A stretch of DNA of 50,584 nt from a virus. Below are positions 48,093-50,584 of the stretch, one piece after another. The notes below the pieces were generated by a model, which saw only the letters and a program-made list of their open reading frames with translations, was not told the DNA's origin and did no database searches. The position numbers and the translations under genes are program-made. The stretch lies in the IMG/VR virus record IMGVR_UViG_3300036859_000429, positions 1 to 50,584 of that record; one strand, written 5' to 3'. The stretch's first letter is position 1. The number at the start of each line of letters is the position of its first letter.

Positions 48093-48491
48093 CTAGTCTG
48101 GTGAAGGCGGCGGATGGACTCCCAATCCGAAATCGGCGAGCGTGAACTCCCGGATCCGCGGCTGCCAGCGCTCCGCTTTGCCGCCGCGCCTCAACTTCAC
48201 CTTCCGCCAGCCCCACAATTCCAGCACCGTGCCCGGCGTCGAGAGCCAGTCGATGCACTCCTGGGTCCGGTCTTCGAGCATCTTGCGCTCGTGGGCGGCG
48301 AAGTCGCTGCCGCAACATTGCACTCCGACAACACCGCGCTGCGGGTCTAGCGCGAGCACGTCGATGATCCCAAACAGGTCCTGGCGCACACCGTGCGGCC
48401 CGGCGAACTGGTTCCACTTCTCCACGATCGCACAGACGCGCCCCTGGTTGCGAAGCTCGCGGATCGTCCTTTGCGTGTTCGAGGTCGCCAT
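48093..48491 (-). CDS. PD-(D/E)XK Holliday-junction-resolvase-like nuclease (132 aa)
   Basis: Internal ATG 48491 with AAGAGGA upstream. RTIRELRNQGRVCAIVEKWN...DLFGIIDVLAL...GVQCC fits the resolvase-type E..D..K layout (recollection). Confidence 0.7.
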   Translation of the reverse strand: MATSNTQRTIRELRNQGRVCAIVEKWNQFAGPHGVRQDLFGIIDVLALDPQRGVVGVQCCGSDFAAHERKMLEDRTQECIDWLSTPGTVLELWGWRKVKLRRGGKAERWQPRIREFTLADFGLGVHPPPSPD

Positions 48492-48499
48492 CCTCTTGT

Positions 48500-49048
48500 T
48501 CACCTCGTGAGCGCTTGCCTTGTGCCGTCCGGGAGGACGGCATAAAGCCTGACTCTTCCCTTCGATAACGCGAGAATCAAGGTGATGTCGCCGAGAACCA
48601 GTCGGCCTTTGGCGTCGATCGCCACCGCCTTGCGCTCCCCCACATACCATTGCTGAAGATCCGCCGTCTGTCTTGTTGCACCGGCCACCTGCAGCGCGAC
48701 CACGTTCTGGTCGTCCTCGGGACCCGCCCCGAACCAAATCGGGATCCTCGTGCCCGAACCCGACTTGTACGCACTGAAGTGCGTTCTCGCCGGATTCTTG
48801 GCCTCGAACTCGTAATTCCCGTCCCTACTCTGATGCCTGACGTGATCGGCGAAAATGTTCAAGTCACCGTCACTGTGCAGGAACACGTCCTTGCTGCCCT
48901 GCACCTGTCCGATGCCGGTGCGCGGAGATCCGAGCAAGAACGTGTAGGCGTCGGAACCCATCGCGTAAGCAGCTCCGGTGCCAAGCAGCACGGAGAGGAA
49001 CACGGTCAGTAAGACTGTTGTGGTTCGCACAGTGCGATCCTTTCTCAT
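48500..49048 (-). CDS. secreted hypothetical protein (182 aa)
   Basis: Internal ATG 49048 (ATGA overlap). Signal-peptide-like MRKDRTVRTTTVLLTVFLSVLLGTGAAYA. Confidence 0.7.
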   Translation of the reverse strand: MRKDRTVRTTTVLLTVFLSVLLGTGAAYAMGSDAYTFLLGSPRTGIGQVQGSKDVFLHSDGDLNIFADHVRHQSRDGNYEFEAKNPARTHFSAYKSGSGTRIPIWFGAGPEDDQNVVALQVAGATRQTADLQQWYVGERKAVAIDAKGRLVLGDITLILALSKGRVRLYAVLPDGTRQALTR

Positions 49049-49614
49049 CGACGACAGACAGGTGCCCAGTGCGACCAGTCGTGCCCTCCTTTGGAGAGGA
49101 AGAGCGCGTAGCGCGCATTGGGCCAACGGCCGTGCAGGTTGTTGCGAACGAGAATCGAGCGCTGCCCCCAGTAGATCCGCCTGCCAATCCAGTCCGGGTG
49201 GATCTGGAAGATCCCGGACGTCCCGCTCGACTGGTTGCGCGCCCCGCGGTTGTAGCGGCCTCCGGTCTCGCAGCCGCTGACCCCGAACGCTCGCGCTGCG
49301 GTCCCGTAAGGGCCGAAGACGTGGCTGACCACACGCCAGGTTTTCGCCTTGTCGACCGCGACAGCCGCGTCGGCTCGCGCCGACCAGATGAGAGCGACGA
49401 TGATCGCGACGAGCGCCGGGACGAACATGAGCGCGAGCCAGCGGCGGGCGCGGTGCGAGTGGTCGCGCAGATTCCTACGGGCCGCGAGTGCAACGATCAC
49501 ACGTCTTTCTGCACCCAGCCGGGCCGCGGTGTATTGAGGATCATAACGATGCAACAGATAGTCCGCACCACGCTGCTGCGCCGCGCGAGTGACAAGGTCG
49601 AGATCATTGATCAT
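49045..49614 (-). CDS. membrane-anchored lytic-transglycosylase-like protein (189 aa)
   Basis: ORF track. A central TM helix WLALMFVPALVAIIVALIW is followed by GVSGCETGGRYN...GTSGIFQIHPDW, resembling the SLT/Rpf-type catalytic Glu and GxxQ motifs. Confidence 0.7.
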   Translation of the reverse strand: MINDLDLVTRAAQQRGADYLLHRYDPQYTAARLGAERRVIVALAARRNLRDHSHRARRWLALMFVPALVAIIVALIWSARADAAVAVDKAKTWRVVSHVFGPYGTAARAFGVSGCETGGRYNRGARNQSSGTSGIFQIHPDWIGRRIYWGQRSILVRNNLHGRWPNARYALFLSKGGHDWSHWAPVCRR

Positions 49615-49853
49615 TCCCGACCACCCCAGCCGGTGACGAGCCTCAGTTCGTCCATGAATCGCTTCCCGTTCACGATGACTCCTTCCGCTCGTTCGAGTGC
49701 CCCACCGGGACCGATGGGGATCTTGCCCGCAGCGTTCTTGGGTGGCATCGTGGCCCGTTGTCTCTCGATGATCTCACGCCTGGAGGCGCGCTCACGCTCG
49801 TTGTCCAGGTCGCGCTTGATCTTCTCGATCTCGGCTTGCGCGTCGAAGCTCAT
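49611..49853 (-). CDS. hypothetical protein (80 aa)
   Basis: ORF track. ATGA overlaps at both ends. Confidence 0.65.
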   Translation of the reverse strand: MSFDAQAEIEKIKRDLDNERERASRREIIERQRATMPPKNAAGKIPIGPGGALERAEGVIVNGKRFMDELRLVTGWGGRE

Positions 49854-50122
49854 GATCTCGATCTGACCGCCGCCTGCCGCCAGAGATCAACCGGTCCGGC
49901 AATCGGGCCGATCAGCGTGAAGGCATGCCGTTCGACCTGACGTCCACGCACGGCGTAGTCTCCCGGTGCGAAGACGTGCAGAAAACTCGGGTAGCCAAGT
50001 TCGAGTAGTTCGGCGCGCATGCGCTCGAACACCTCGATGATCCTTTCAACCTCCTTTTGTGACGGTGCAGGGCGGCTAGGGTCGTGCGGTAACTCAAGAA
50101 AGTCGCTGCCTTGCGCGCTCAC
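49850..50122 (-). CDS. hypothetical protein (90 aa)
   Basis: ORF track. GTGA overlap with the upstream stop. Confidence 0.65.
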   Translation of the reverse strand: MSAQGSDFLELPHDPSRPAPSQKEVERIIEVFERMRAELLELGYPSFLHVFAPGDYAVRGRQVERHAFTLIGPIAGPVDLWRQAAVRSRS

Positions 50123-50286
50123 CGTTCCTCCTCCTTGTCGGTGAGATCGAAGATTGGCGCGTCCGCGATCTCGTCCGCGTCATAGCCGTGCACCTCGGCG
50201 AGGTGAATGCCGATCATCGCAACGCTCGTTTCTTTCCCGCAGAGGTTGCAATAGACGGTGTCATCTCCCGTGCCTTGAGCGCTCAT
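50119..50286 (-). CDS. small Cys/His protein (55 aa)
   Basis: Internal ATG 50286 with GGAGAAGGAG upstream. YCNLCGK...H..EVH motif. Confidence 0.55.
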   Translation of the reverse strand: MSAQGTGDDTVYCNLCGKETSVAMIGIHLAEVHGYDADEIADAPIFDLTDKEEER

Positions 50287-50425
50287 CGTCCTCCTTCTCC
50301 TCGCACTCTTGACGTAACTGGTCGAGCGCGTCCATTGCCGTCGTCCCGCAGACAATGCACGGCGGAAGGATCAGACGACCTGACGGCTCCTGCTCCTCAA
50401 CGAACACGCACTCATGCGCGCTCAT
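50261..50425 (-). CDS. small Cys-containing protein (54 aa)
   Basis: Internal ATG 50425 with GGGAGG 5 nt upstream. ATGA overlap with the junction-spanning gene. Confidence 0.55.
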   Translation of the reverse strand: MSAHECVFVEEQEPSGRLILPPCIVCGTTAMDALDQLRQECEEKEDDERSRHGR

Positions 50426-50584
50426 CCGCACCTCCCGAGCAAGTAGTCCGCCGGACGTCCCTGCAACGGCTTCATCAGGAACGACCTTCCTGCGCACCTG
50501 GCCGAACAGAATTTCCGTGGTTTCGTCGGGCTCTCAGGGAGGGGCTCCAGACAGGCGGGGCACAAGCCGACAAGGATTTTCGCG
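50422..50584 (-). CDS. junction-spanning small Zn-ribbon protein, C-terminal part (50458..50584 duplicates 1..127)
   Basis: Same reading frame as 1..177 once the 127-bp overlap is collapsed. Stop TGA at 50424-50422. Confidence 0.55.
   Translation of the reverse strand, partial: AKILVGLCPACLEPLPESPTKPRKFCSARCAGRSFLMKPLQGRPADYLLGRCG
50458..50584. repeat. terminal direct repeat, right copy (identical to 1..127)
   Basis: Read directly. Exact 127/127 identity with the window start. Confidence 0.95.

Overview
The window appears to be a complete, circularly closed high-GC dsDNA tailed-phage genome. The first 127 bases are identical to the last 127, giving a unique length of 50457 bp, and one small gene reads across that junction. 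A ~600-bp non-coding control region (6074-6672) launches two divergent arms that converge on a bidirectional terminator (22395-22437). The rightward (+) arm starts with 15 small early genes (6673-12235), 14 of them preceded by a repeated module of hairpin + CGTCAGTCAACCCC box + Shine-Dalgarno (22 box copies in total). Next comes an inverted island with an HNH endonuclease (12271-13170). A replication/recombination block follows: a RecA-fold ATPase with iteron-like repeats, a Cas4-like nuclease, a second HNH protein and about 25 tightly coupled small ORFs. The arm ends in a secreted YWGT-repeat peptide gene. The leftward (-) arm runs through the window junction. It starts with small Zn-finger/RHH/HTH proteins and a TerS-like protein (6073->1). 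It continues (50457->46137) with small proteins, a membrane-anchored transglycosylase, a resolvase-like nuclease, a PGBD+CHAP endolysin and four small membrane proteins. Then come large terminase, portal, scaffold, HK97-type capsid, fibre-like proteins (one with 19 x 22-aa repeats), adaptor/nozzle-like proteins and a tail-collar fibre. It finishes with three large internal-virion-like proteins, an SLT+metallopeptidase virion lysin and a Zn-ribbon/HTH regulator. The structural layout looks podovirus-like, which is an inference. I recognised no tRNA, rRNA, CRISPR array, integrase, DNA polymerase or RNA polymerase. Many long ORFs in the supplied track are antisense shadow ORFs typical of high-GC DNA. 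Several real-looking translationally coupled ORFs under 60 aa are missing from the track and are added here. All functional calls rest on remembered family motifs, not on database searches.
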